Part shown: positions 13,417-26,008 of the stretch, one piece after another
Layout: the number at the start of each line of letters is the position of its first letter
Numbering within the stretch: the stretch's first letter is position 1
Assembly (NCBI GenBank): GCA_004022145.1
Contig: RCNU01000001.1
DNA: 64,000 nt
Source: Paecilomyces variotii
Taxonomy: Eukaryota
Reading direction: 5' to 3' (one strand)
The notes under the pieces: model-generated
What the model was told of the DNA's origin: nothing
Database searches by the model: none
What the model saw: only the letters and a program-made list of their open reading frames with translations
Position numbers and translations under genes: made by a program

Positions 13417-15243
13417 ATGTCTCTAACCCGCTGCGGCCGACAAGCGTCGCGGCTCATCCCCCTCTCCAGCAGCTGCGCCAGAGCTGCTGCTACTGCCCGC
13501 TCCAGATTCCAGCCAGAGCACCCATCTAGAATCGCTTCCCAATGGCGCGCCGTATCTTCTAGTCAAGATGGACAGCACAGCGTATGCTTGGTATCTATTC
13601 CTGTCTCGTGGCTACTCTGCTGACGAGTCTCTATAGCTCCTCTCCGCACACCTCGAGGAGGCCGACCCCACAGTTTACAGCATATTGCAAAAGGTCCACC
13701 TTCCCCACGGTAGCACGGTCTTAGATAGCCCAATTCTGACTGCCATTGCAGGAGAAAAAACGCCAGAAGCATTTTATCAACCTGATCCCCTCGGAGAACT
13801 TCACGTCGCAGGCCGTCCTCGATGCCCTTGGCAGTGTGATGCAAAGTTGGTTTCCCTCGAACCGTGGCTAGGACTCGTCTGACAGCTCGTTCTTTTCCAG
13901 ATAAATATTCAGAAGGATATCCGGGAGCGCGATACTATGGAGGTAACCAGTACATTGATGAAGCGGAGCGACTCTGTCAGCAGCGTGCCTTGGAGACCTT
14001 CCGGCTGAACCCTGAGGAGTGGGGTGTGAATGTGCAACGTGAGCTATTATTTCCATAGCAATGTCAGGGAGAGACGTCCTACTGACCATGAGCAGCTCTT
14101 TCTGGATCTCCCGCAAACCTCTATGCCTATTCAGCGCTTTTGAACACTCACGACCGCATTATGGGACTGGACCTTCCCCATGGGGGTCACCTGTCGCACG
14201 GTTACCAGACCCCCACAAAGAAGATCTCCGCCATCTCGAAGTACTTTGAGACCCTTCCATACCGTCTCGATGAGTCGACCGGCCTCATCGACTACAACAA
14301 GCTGGAGGAGCTTGCGCAGTTGTACCGTCCCAAGCTCATCGTTGCGGGTACCTCCGCATACAGCAGATTGATTGATTACCCGAGAATGCGCCAGATTGCG
14401 GACTCTATCGGAGCCTACCTGCTCAGCGATATGGCCCATATCTCGGGACTTGTTGCTGCCGATGTCATCCCATCCCCATTCCCGCACTCTGATGTGGTCA
14501 CGACCACGACTCACAAATCTTTGCGTGGACCGCGTGGTGCTATGATCTTCTATCGCAAGGGCGTCCGCCGGACGGACAAGAAGGGCAACCAGGAGCTATA
14601 TGACCTCGAGAACCCGATCAATGCATCGGTCTTCCCGGGACACCAGGGTGGACCCCACAACCACACCATCACTGCGCTGGCCGTCGCGCTCAACCAGGCT
14701 CAGTCGAAGGAATTCAAGACTTACCAGCAGACGGTCCTGGCCAACGCCCAGGCTCTTGCGGAGAGACTGGGTAACCCCACCAGCAACGGAGGATTGGGAT
14801 ACAACATCGTGTCTGGTGGCACCGACAACCACCTGGTTTTGCTTGACCTCAAGAACCGTGGCGTCGACGGTGCCCGAGTTGAGCGTGTTCTCGAGCTGTG
14901 CGGTGTTGCCAGCAATAAGAACACCGTTCCCGGAGACAAGTCGGCCCTGAAGCCTGGCGGTCTTAGACTCGGAACCCCTGCCATGACTTCCCGTGGTTTC
15001 CAGCCTGAGGATTTCCGCCGTGTGGCCGAGATCGTTGACCGTGCAGTGACTATCACGCAGAAGCTGGACAAGGCGGCCAAGGAGAGTGCCGAGTCCAAGG
15101 GCCGCAAGAACCCGGCCAGCGTCAAGGCTTTCCTGGAGTACGTTGGCGAGGGCGAGGAGATCTCGGAGATTGTGCTGCTGAGAAAGGAAGTTGAAGACTG
15201 GGTCGGAACTTTCAGCCTTCCATGGGCCAAGGAGGGCGAGTAA
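13417..15243 (+). CDS. SHM1: Serine hydroxymethyltransferase, mitochondrial type, about 533 aa; exons 13417-13581, 13637-13693, 13752-13845, 13901-14038, 14096-15243
   Basis: [35 protein letters not shown] motif [14 protein letters not shown]; Arg/Ser/Ala-rich N-terminal presequence. Confidence 0.95.
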
Positions 15244-15577
15244 ATGATGCGACGGATATGATTTGATTTACCTGGGTCAACCCTAATGACTGATAAGTTT
15301 CGCCTTTCCAGCTCCCTCTGTCATTGTTTGTTGGCAAGCGACTGTGAGCACACGAAGACGAATGCACTGTACTGTACTATGACCTCATCCCGTCTGGAGA
15401 ATATACTTTTTGCGGTATATATCAATGCATTCGATATGCGTTTTTTTTTTTAACTTGGCAACATATGCAACTCTGTAGCCATCTCGATCTACCATTGCTA
15501 TCGAGATTCCATTCACTAAATCATCATCTCTCCCTCACTCCACCAAGACTGAAAAGAGCCGTGAAATGTAATCTAAA

Positions 15578-16048
15578 TTACAACTTCGCATCCCCCTTAA
15601 TCACATCTCGAACCAACTTCAACGCCTCCTCCGCGAAAAGAACCATATTCTTTTCGCGATCGTTGGTCTTCGTATCGACTTCGCGCGTATACGTCCCAGA
15701 CGGAGAAGATACTGCTAATGTGACGTAGCCACTATGAATGGGGTATGGTCAGTAAGCTCCTTAATGGAGACGAATTAGAACCATAGAGGAGGGTGAGGCA
15801 GTGAGGATAATCAAAAAGTAGCTATCCGTCCCCAAGAAAGTAGAGTAATGATTTAGGGATTAGGTTGGGTGGGACAGAATCTTGTTTGGGGGACTAGGAT
15901 TATATGCAGCGTGGATGGATGTAGTGGAACAGTGAAGAGGGAATAATTAAAGCATTAAAGATATTACAAGACGGGGGGGGGGGGTAGACGCAGGGAGCAA
16001 ACAAAGAAAGAATGAGAAAAAACCAGGATTCTGTTATCTCGGTTTGAG

Positions 16049-16086
<38 letters not shown>

Positions 16087-16947
16087 AGAGAGAGAGAGAG
16101 AGAAATACAGTTCATCAGGGATTTAAATGGGCTTTTGCTTTAGCAAACCAATCTACGGGTAATGAACATACTCGGATGGAATGGAATGGGATGATTCGAG
16201 CAATCAGGAAGGGATATATACCCCCAAACGAACAAGATTGATTTCACTCTCAAAGGCCAAAACAAAAGGGGAAAGGAAAAAGGAAGACGAACAATGACAA
16301 TAAGGGAACCAATGAAGTTAAAAAAGAAGAGACTGCTACTTACGGTGTCCTCGCCTTAGTCTGCCCGCCTGTCGGTCCTGCTGTACCACTCTCACTGACG
16401 GTATACGTCGACTTCAATGTGCCGCGGACATGGTCAGCTAGTCCGGCCACGATAGCTGGTGTGGGACCAGTGTAGTTCGTGATATCGGCTTCTGTCCAGC
16501 CGCCGAAGGCGACGCGGGATTCGAGGGTGTAGAGCTTTATTTGTGTTGTTAGTTATTTTTAATCGAGGAGATTCTGACAGTTGATTCGATTATCTTGTGC
16601 GCGTCGAGTTGAAACAGTAAGTTGGGAATAAGAGAGGTATTTGTATTAGGAGCAAGATATATAACATGTTGAATGTGGAATGTAACTTAAAAGAGGGGGA
16701 GGGGATTACCGTCAATCCACCCTTATAGATAGCTGATGCCCCCGCAGTCGAGAGGATAGAGGCAGAGATGATGCCGCCAGCAGCCTGCGATTTTTAGTCG
16801 AGATTAGATGTTACATTCAGAAAGAAAGGAGATAATGGATAGCAATCTCACCGTTTCAGCCACGGAGATGGTTTCTTGTTTCTCTTTGAGGAGACCGGTT
16901 ACTTCCTCGATGATTCCCCGCAGTGATGGAGGAGGGAATTCGGCCAT
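15578..16947 (-). CDS. CinA C-terminal-domain (PncC/NMN deamidase-like) protein, about 171 aa; exons 16947-16852, 16784-16710, 16534-16344, 15731-15578
   Basis: TISVAETAAGGIIS..GASAIYKGGLTLYT..SESGTAGPTGG..PGYVTLAV..DREKN matches the CinA/PncC pattern. All four exons splice in frame. Confidence 0.85.
16049..16103. repeat. A35 homopolymer plus (GA)n tract inside intron 3 of the CinA-like gene
   Basis: Seen directly. Confidence 0.9.
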
Positions 16948-17792
16948 GGTTGGATCTTGATGCTTTCTGCGGGACGCGGTCTTTTCCGTAAATCGTATGT
17001 TCAATGAGTCGAGTGTTTAAGAGTAGGATAGAAGTCAGAGTATATCTAATAGTAAGCGTTCAAGTTCGAGATGGTTGTGTTGCTTTTCAAGAGTCTTGAG
17101 TCGTTCTGCATTAATAATAATGACATCCGGGCCGAGGCGCTTCGGGATATGAACTTAAGCTGCGAGCTTAGTTATCCATGTTTGTCTTTTCTTTACTGAC
17201 TAAATGCACCCCACTGCTCGTTTCTATATGAATCTACATGATAAGTTAACTACTAAGTATATCAAAATGATTCAACTCCCATCTGAAAGGCAAGCTGATG
17301 TACTGTATACGACGGTCGAGGACGCCTTTCGTCATTGGCCCAATTTCATCTCTGTCTTCGTCCCGAATTTCCATTCTTCGGCGAAGATTGCTACCGGCAT
17401 TATCACCGCTTGTGTATAGAATCTGCAATTAAATGTTTACAACGTCCGGTTAGTTGCAGTTGAATGAACATAATCGTGAGACCTGCTAGCCAGCACCCGT
17501 CAGCAAACAGCCGCTTTCTACCCGTCCCTTTGCATCATCAAGAAACGAAACCGCTGCAAGATGTCATAACGGAAGCCTCAACTGACAATTCGACATCATC
17601 GTCAGACCTCCGTAGAGTCATTTGTCGATTCCATCGGCGTTACTATATAGATATGCTGATGATTCCCCACCTCCCTATCCTCCCTTTGTGCAAGACACCT
17701 AGGTCATGATCATCGTCTTTAACAAGTCTATCGAGAACCCAACGACCAACAAAGTGCCTTGGCCTCCCCCATCGTTTCATCTATGATCCAAT

Positions 17793-18575
17793 ATGTCTTC
17801 TTACGCTTTACCCCTCCGTGGCGGCAGTGTTGCGTCTCCTTATGTGGCTGGATATGATTATGGACCACGTCGGAGCCAGAGATACCCCCCCGAAGGTCCC
17901 CTGTACGGCGGTGTTTACCCCCAGAGGGTACCCTACCGTCCTCGTCCTGTGAGAGCAGCCCCTCGTCATCGGAAGAGAGAGCCCGATGTGCGGTTTGAGG
18001 ACGCCATGAGTCGTCTCCATGTCACTTTGACGGATGCGGTGAATTTCTTCAAGGACTTTGATGGTGCTTTTGCCCACGAGACGAGTGGCATCAAGTCGTA
18101 TGCAACAGGCCCAATCCTCGACAAGTTGTGGCAAAGAAAAATCTTACCCGACAAGGCGAACGAGGTGCATTCTGCGCGACGGACATCGAACGAAGGATCG
18201 GAGGGTGATGAGGGAAGCACCAGTGGCCAGCAGGAAGAAGCCTTTCGAGACCATCTGAGCCGTGTTCATGATGATATGTCTCAGGCCGCTCGTTCTCGCG
18301 GCCCAGGCATCTCCCGTTCCGACATGGATAGCTTGGGTCGACTGCGGGAACTGCTGATGAGACAATACGATGTGTTGCATGGTATCAGCAACAAGGTCTA
18401 TACATCCAGGAAGTATCTCCAAGAGTTCATCAAGGAGGCTGAATTTTTCAGGGACTATATGGATAAAACTAGAGAGTTATGGGACTTTGGCCATGACAGA
18501 ACCGAGAAAGGTAACGAAAGCGACGAGGGCTCTCAGGAGGGTAGCAATCCAGAGGAGACTGCATTTGGCGACTGA
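17793..18575 (+). CDS. Hypothetical protein, 260 aa, single exon
   Basis: Long ATG-initiated ORF in good context (caatATG) with coding-like codon usage; no recognised domain. Confidence 0.7.
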   Translation: MSSYALPLRGGSVASPYVAGYDYGPRRSQRYPPEGPLYGGVYPQRVPYRPRPVRAAPRHRKREPDVRFEDAMSRLHVTLTDAVNFFKDFDGAFAHETSGIKSYATGPILDKLWQRKILPDKANEVHSARRTSNEGSEGDEGSTSGQQEEAFRDHLSRVHDDMSQAARSRGPGISRSDMDSLGRLRELLMRQYDVLHGISNKVYTSRKYLQEFIKEAEFFRDYMDKTRELWDFGHDRTEKGNESDEGSQEGSNPEETAFGD

Positions 18576-18765
18576 TGATCCTGTCGATGAAGTTTGTCTG
18601 TATTCTCTTTGGCTCCCCCCCCCCCTCTCTCTGTCTCTCTCTTTCCCCCTCTTTTTTTTTCTTTTTCGTTAAGATAGCTGGTGAAGTAACTCCAGTGCCT
18701 GTCGTTTTAGCAAGCTTTTTCTAGCCAACGGATGTTGTATCTTCAATACATTCATAATGTTTCGT

Positions 18766-19993
18766 TTAGTATGCCAAACCAGGCCAATCTTCAAGCATGT
18801 CGTTAGTGAAATAGGCCGACGAAAAACGGGATTTAATGTTGACTATCCAACTTACCAAACGTTGTCCGTTCAGTCAACCTCTTTGACACTTCGACTTCGT
18901 CCCCCACACGGAGTGTCATGCCGTTCGAAGCTTGATCTGGAAACCCATAGCGTCCAAAGACCGGACTATACTTTACACCTTTATCCACGCGTCGGTCCTT
19001 CATCAATTTCTTGAGCACTTTGCCTGATTCCCCAGTGCCAAACTTCCCCGTTGTATAATCAATGTTGAGACTCTGGCATCTGGTACAATTGGCCGTTAGG
19101 AGTAACTTCACCTTTTCATCTCCAACCGTCAGCTCGCCCCAGAAGTCCTCTTCGAATGCTTCTTCTGAGCCGGAGACCACTATGTTCGGACGAAACTTGA
19201 TGATATCCACCTCTTCACCTTCAGCCATACGAGCGGATACGTTGTGCAACGATGTTTCCGACACGACCAGGAAGGCTGCACAGTCCGCAAATGTAATCTG
19301 GCCCTCATCTCCACCGTTTCCACCCAACAGAGGGACACTGTTCATCACCATAGATAGCCATCCACCCCCACCGTTAGCATTCTGTTGTTTCCGCGCTGCT
19401 GCCTTGGGTGACAATGACCCCAGTACAGATCTTCTGTTCTGTCCCAGATATGCTAGGATGACCCTGTATCCAAGGCATTCACTGAACCAATCATTGTATT
19501 CATGTCCCATATCATATCCTTTGGTCGGACTCTCGTGCATCACGATATCCAGCTCGCGCAACCCCTGTATGTCTGGCTCTAGAGGAATCTCGAGCGTCTT
19601 GCGACCTTGGCTTGAATCAGAACTGACGGGCGATTGATATGTTACTCGAATCCTCCCGCTGTCGTTCCCCTCTTCACTTGGTAACACCAGGTCTGTCAGG
19701 AAAAGGGTCAATTCTGCATAATAGGAGACGTGCATATTTTCGAAGTCGCCGGTGTTTTCGTCATTGACTTTGAGCAGCATGAAACATCTGTCGTATTCGA
19801 ACCCGCTCCTTGTGATGGCTGCTTCCGTCATGGACGCTGGACGGAGCGATTTCACGGGATAGACGTAGAGCTGTGTTGGATTCGTTGTGTCAGAAAGGGT
19901 GATGATGTGCAGATACCTTCTCAGAGCTTTTGCGACCTAACGCAGGAATACGGGGAGATTTCCTGCATTGTAGCTTACCTGGCTTATCTTCAT
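18766..19993 (-). CDS. MOSC-domain (mARC/YcbX-like) protein, about 350 aa; exons 19993-19979, 19870-18856, 18788-18766
   Basis: MKISQ|LYVYPVKSLR, YDRCFML, TFADCA, KFRPNIVV, FEEDFW, conserved Cys in NCTRC, ends DWPGLAY*. Confidence 0.9.
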
Positions 19994-22359
19994 CTTTGAT
20001 GCCTGAATTGGATAATGTCCAAGTATACACTCTAATCATTAATTGGATTAAAGGTCCTGTACCGCTTGACTGGGCGCCCAGGCGATTTTCGGATAATCGT
20101 ACAGTTCCTGAATGCCGGAAGAGAGACAAGAGTACTCGATGATAACCAAGAAGCAGAGCAGGAGTCTGGACAAGGGATAGTTAGACGAGGGATATAGTAG
20201 CACGCAGCGACTATCTTAGGAAAAATACGACAGTGTCCCCGATAGTTAGATAGCTATATGTTGTTGTCGCGACGTGGAAGCTTCTCCATGGAGTAAGCAC
20301 TAGATACGGGGAAACTTCCATGACTCACTTGGCGCGCAGCTTGCTGACACGGAATTGGGTGCGACGTATAAGCCCGAGGGCGAAGAGAGAGGTTACAGAT
20401 GACTGCTTTCGGTATCAATAATATGGTTTGATTAAAGCACTTTGGGAAATGTATATCTCGTTCCAAAGTGGAGGACTTTCTCGATGTTCCTTCTTTGGGG
20501 TGGATCTTGGAGGAGGAGATGTGTAAGCAAGTGCGCTCATGCGGCATTTACTTTCCAGATCGAGATATCCGATCCGTTCAACGGGAAAACTGATGCGTAT
20601 TCAAGCACGGCAGCAAAGACAACTCAGTGATATCCAGAGAGGATCAAAAATTCGTGTTCATGGTTCAGACGTGTCTCCTATTTCTCCGTATGGCGACGTT
20701 CAGAGGGCTTTGGCAAAGGTATATTCGAAAGGATATTCGATCGTTTCGACTACGGCTATATTTATGGCGATGAAAGCGATAATCACCAGACTTGGGAACT
20801 AAAGACATCAACTTTATCTTGTTCTTGCAGACATTAAGCTATGGCCCTCTCTGCTGAGAGTTGGTGATTGTCTCAGGTGCGTACAGGATAAATTGTCCTT
20901 GGATCTCCGGGAAGAAACAGGTTGTACACCACGCATCCGGCATCTGCAATTTGAAAAGGCCTGTTTAACTTAAGAATGGCAGGTCTGTCATAGTAGATTC
21001 CTATGTCCACCAGTTATTTCCAGTTAATGACATTGTAAGCGGGTATCTTGCTGCTGCGCCACAATCCCGGACCCTGCACTTTAATCGGTTGCGGCACCTC
21101 TCTAGCTGAAGACAACGGTAGATAGCCGAATACTTGAGAATGCACAGCAAGTGTCCGATTTGCAGCCGAGCTTTGAGGTTCCTGAGTAATTATCGGTTAT
21201 GCGTCTTACTCTGTTGGGGTTGACAGGGAGGCCAAGGCAGAAACATTACATGTAACTATCAGGTGTGTACAGCTTATGATAATAATGCCACAATACATCG
21301 TTAATAATATCCTTTTGTTGAGATGATATTCACGCGAATATTTCAGGTATTACTTGATTGGAAACTATAGAGATGCTGGCATTACCGGTTATACCCAACG
21401 TTGGGAATACATCAGCGACCGAAGACCGTTTTCTATCATTATTACCGGCACTGCGATACTTAAGTATAAGATCCGCCCGCTAAATATAGAATTCTGCAGG
21501 GCAAGTTGAAACATGTTTCTCCCCACAAGGAACCATGGAGAACAGGAAACTCAAAAGATAAAGAATAAAAAAATTTGCTTTGGTTCCTTACTTCCATTGT
21601 TGATGTTGCTGGTGCAACTTGCAGTGCAAAAAATGCAGACTTCTGTGTCTTAGCACAAAGGGAGTTACTGAGCCATGACGGTTCTCGTAAGACTTCATTA
21701 ATACATAGATCACTGCCTAACAGCGAATAGGCCGAGTTATCCGGCACTACCAAACAGACTGAAGAAACAAGCTGATGATGTAGCGGAGCACCGCCACAGC
21801 CACGAGGGCGTCATAGCCAGTGATCATCTCCATTGGGGATTCTTCTGGTTTGTGGGCGACACTCAACCGCAGCAAGTCTCCCACCGTCTCTCCAATCGGG
21901 CACCTCATCACCGCAAGCTGAAAAACTTCTTCTGGACGGTTTCTAGTCGCGCGCTGTTGGTGGAGCAGTCAGCGAGAACTACTAACAAACGGTAGAACGC
22001 GCTGGACTGGTGATCGGATCCTCCGCGGTACCTGAGCGCCCTCGCCTTCTCTCCAGTATCGTATCGTCATTCCCACTTGATCTTCGACTCCGCCCGCCTG
22101 TCAACCTGACGAACTAATTGTCTTGGCCCCCAGAACCAAACACCTGAGTCTAGCGCGCTGATAATATTCTCGATTTCCTTGACATCTCTCGTCACTCTTG
22201 TTCACCTGAAGGTACCCTTCGCAACCCGGCGGCAACTTCTGCGTCTCGATTCACCAGACCCCGCGATACACCAACACCTACTATTCTGCATACGACCTGA
22301 CTACGGTCCTTCTTCAGCCGCACACGGCGGAAGTTGCGCCGCATTCTCTCAGCGCGACG

Positions 22360-24321
22360 ATGGAGACTACGGTCAATCTTCGTCGCAAAGATACCACAAA
22401 GGGTCCTCCGTTGAGGATCCTTTCGTTGGGTAAGTACCTCGTACCAGCATGGAAGACAACCACTGGTTGCTGACAATTTTGTAGATGGAGGTGGTGTTAG
22501 AGGTTACTCGATGCTCATCCTCTTACAGGAACTCATGTACCGTACCTATGTCGAGTGTGAAGGCAAAGCCCCTCGTCGGGATGAAATCCCCAAACCGTGC
22601 GAGCATTTCGACCTTATCGCGGGCACAGGAACTGGTGGTCTGATCGCCCTCATGCTGGGACGTCTCCGCCTCGATATCGAGACTTGCAAGGAGGTCTATG
22701 TGCGCATGACCAAGATGGTCTTCGAGACCGACAAGACTATTGCTGGAATTCCCTACCGATCCACATTGTTCAAGGCCTCGAGACTCGAGGAGGCTATTAA
22801 ACAATGTGTGCGAGAGCACACCGTCTTTGAATCGGAAGGGAATGACATGGGCGGTTCTAGCAGAGACTCCATCAGTCCTATCTTCAGTCCCAGCAGTATC
22901 AGCATTCCGCGGAGGACGCTTAGTCGTGGCAGTGTGAGCACTGTTGGGGCATCCAGTCCCACCACGCCTGTCAGTCAGAGGAACTCGACTTTCATTAATG
23001 GACTAAGATGGGGCAACCCCGATGCTCTTCTCTATGATAACCGAGAATATAGAACAAAGACGTAAGTTTCTCATTGTTCATTCTCTAACCGGCTGCTGAT
23101 CTTTGGGCCAGTGCTGTCACTGCTGTCTACAAAGGGACATCTAGGAATGGTTCCGCCGCTTTACTACGGTCCTACGATTCGAGAAAGGAGCCTCCCCCTG
23201 AATTTAACTGCACGATTTGGCAAGCTGGTCGAGCCACATCTGCCACGGGACTGGCATTTAAGCCCATCCAGATCGGACAACATGTCTTCATTGACGAAGG
23301 GGCCGGAACGTACAATCCCGCACCCCTTATTCTCGATGAAGCAACGGTAAACGAGTGGCCAGGAAGGGAAGTTGGCGTCTTCGTTAGCATCGGCACTGGA
23401 AAACGACCTGCGGGAACAAACAGTCGTCAGCACGAGTGGTGGGAGTCCTTTTTCAGTGATGCTCTGGGCACCTTCGCGGAGGCGCGAAGACGACTGATCG
23501 CTAAGATTGAGGGATGCGAAGACATCCATCAAAATATGCTGCGGGACCACTTGGCGAAAAGGAACGTCAGCAAGGACAACTACTACCGATTGAACGTTGA
23601 GGTGGGAGTTGGAGAATTCGGAATGAACGAGTGGAACCGACTGGCAGATATAAGTACGAGTACTCGAAGGTATCTGTCAAAGCCAGATGTGCAGAAGATG
23701 AATCTCAGCGCCTCTGTCAAGCTCGCCAAGATTGACCGCATGCACCGTCGGCTTGCTGCCCACACTGCAGCTGCGAATGCTCCTGATGAGGTGGCTGCAG
23801 CTCCTGGAATAACATCTCTTCAGCAGATGGCTGTCCCCCCACCAATGAATCCCATGGCGGTAGAGCTTCCTGCAGAGCTACCTGCAGATATTCCATTCGA
23901 ACGCCTATCAGTATCACAACCCAGTGTTCATCTTACCTCTCCCCAGGACAAATTCAGCATAGTCGCCTCCGACGAGCCTTCTGTACCAGGGGACCAAAGC
24001 CATATTCATCCCGCCTTTCGTACCAACGGTGACAATCCCTTACGGCATAGCTACGAGCATAGTCGGCCCAGTTCACAGCAGCATGGCTCGCCGCGTCACA
24101 GTGCAGAATCCATGGATGTAACGCCTCCTCCTGTTCCACCTAAGACTCCAATTCCGTATCCTGTCGGTGATGGAGGAATCACGATGCCTCTGCCACCTGT
24201 CACTGCACCACCACCCTTGAAACCTCATCATCACCATTCTTCGCTTCTCCCTCCCTATCCAGTCGATGGACCACCACCTGCTGTCAACAAGCTGCGGAAG
24301 CCGACCTACAACGTGAGATGA
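22360..24321 (+). CDS. Patatin-like phospholipase-fold protein with Pro-rich tail, about 618 aa; exons 22360-22429, 22485-23061, 23112-24321
   Basis: RILSLDGGGVRG, PCEHFDLIAGTGTGG, IWQAGRATSA, FVSIGTG, YYRLNVE. Confidence 0.9.
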
Positions 24322-26008
24322 TCATCGAACGGTGATGGGTTTCTGTAATGTTTTTTTGAAGCTATCTGGGATCCAGTATCTCATTCGGAAAGTTCCATCA
24401 CGAAGACGGGCACCGCGACAGTCTTTTCCTAACCTCGCTCATTGAGAATCACGAAGATCATGATCCCATCTGATGTTATTATATTCCCTTGATGTACCCA
24501 GTTTGTTTGACGAGTTCTTCACATTGTCACGTCTACGGGAAGGCGTTATCCGCTCTGTTCACACATTCGTCTGTTTTTGTATTTATCTTTTCCGCATTGT
24601 GATACCAAGACGGCCCGTGAGATAGGATGGTACGGAGGGACCAAGGACTGGATGGGCAAGGAAGGCGCGGGTGGGATGGGAGCAATGTATCATCTATTAC
24701 CTAGTAGCTGTTGAGATACGTTCTTTTGTTAGCTACAACAGCACCAAGAGAAAACATGAACATTGAATGCTCTATTTGCTTGCCATTACTGCTTGCTATT
24801 ACCGTAGCCATCTCAATTAACTGGGTCACGCAATCTGATCTTGTAGAGTCATATTTCTCCCATTGCCGGGAGCTGATTAAGAGGGAGGGTCAATAGTCAA
24901 TAGAACCATGCAAGACGCGCCAGGAGACAAAGAAGACAGAAACGGAGGAATGACCTCGACTCCGCAATGCCTTTCAGGAGTCTTGCAGCCGAAACTCCTG
25001 TCGAAAGGTGTCCTGTGCTCACGAGGCGGAAAAGACAGCCAAGCCAATGAAAAGTGCTGGAGAAACAGCCTACTAACAAATGGAGTCGAGTGGAATCGAC
25101 GCTTGCCTCTTCGGATAATACTCTCCAACGACCGGCAACCCTTGACTTTTACTTGCTCGCAATAATGATGCGGATACCCTTCTGCGTTGTAAAAGTGTGC
25201 TGTGGGTGTGGACTCATCCGTGGGTAGCGTTCCTTTGTGACTTACTGCAGAACCATGGTGATGGGATGAATCAATTTACGGTCTTGGCCGTGCATCAAAC
25301 TCCCAACACTGTTATCGACGCTGCGATGATGACGCTGCCGCGTTGTCCTCCGCTTTACGGAGTTGCCTTCTCTCTCAGTCATTCCTCGAAAAGATGTCAT
25401 CTGCAAGCACGAGCAGTCGTCTCCTACCTCCACATGGACAGGTTTTCTCCCAGCATCGCGGCGTCACTGGCTATGTAGGCCAAGCGACAGCGGACGTGTC
25501 ACGGCTCTTTCCTCTTATCTGATCAGCACCTGTCGGTATCATGTCGTCGCAGAAGAAGCTTACCGGAACAACCCATGCAACCCCCGCTGAGGGAGTGCAG
25601 TTCACTATCGAGTTCTCCGGCTCACGATATCGTGTGTAGTGGATACGCGACCACGGCGACAAGGCGGCCCAAAATGCGACCCAAAAGCAGGAGACCCTAG
25701 ATACGCAGTGCACAGCGAACACTGTGTCGCCGGTTTAGATGAGATGAGACCAATTTGCGCCCTATACAGCTTCGAGACACCTATTACGTGACCGGGTTAT
25801 GAGGTTGGAATCGACTCGGTGGGCCTAAATCGTCGCCCAAAGACATCTTCTAAAGACCTCGCGAGCATCGATATCGAAATCAGGCTGGAGTGGGATATGT
25901 TGAAGGGACAAGAGAGACATCACCCACCCGGAGGCCTTGGTGACAATCGACTACTTGGTTGCCATCATCGTCATCGATACTGCTGCAGAGAATAATCGCC
26001 GACAACAA

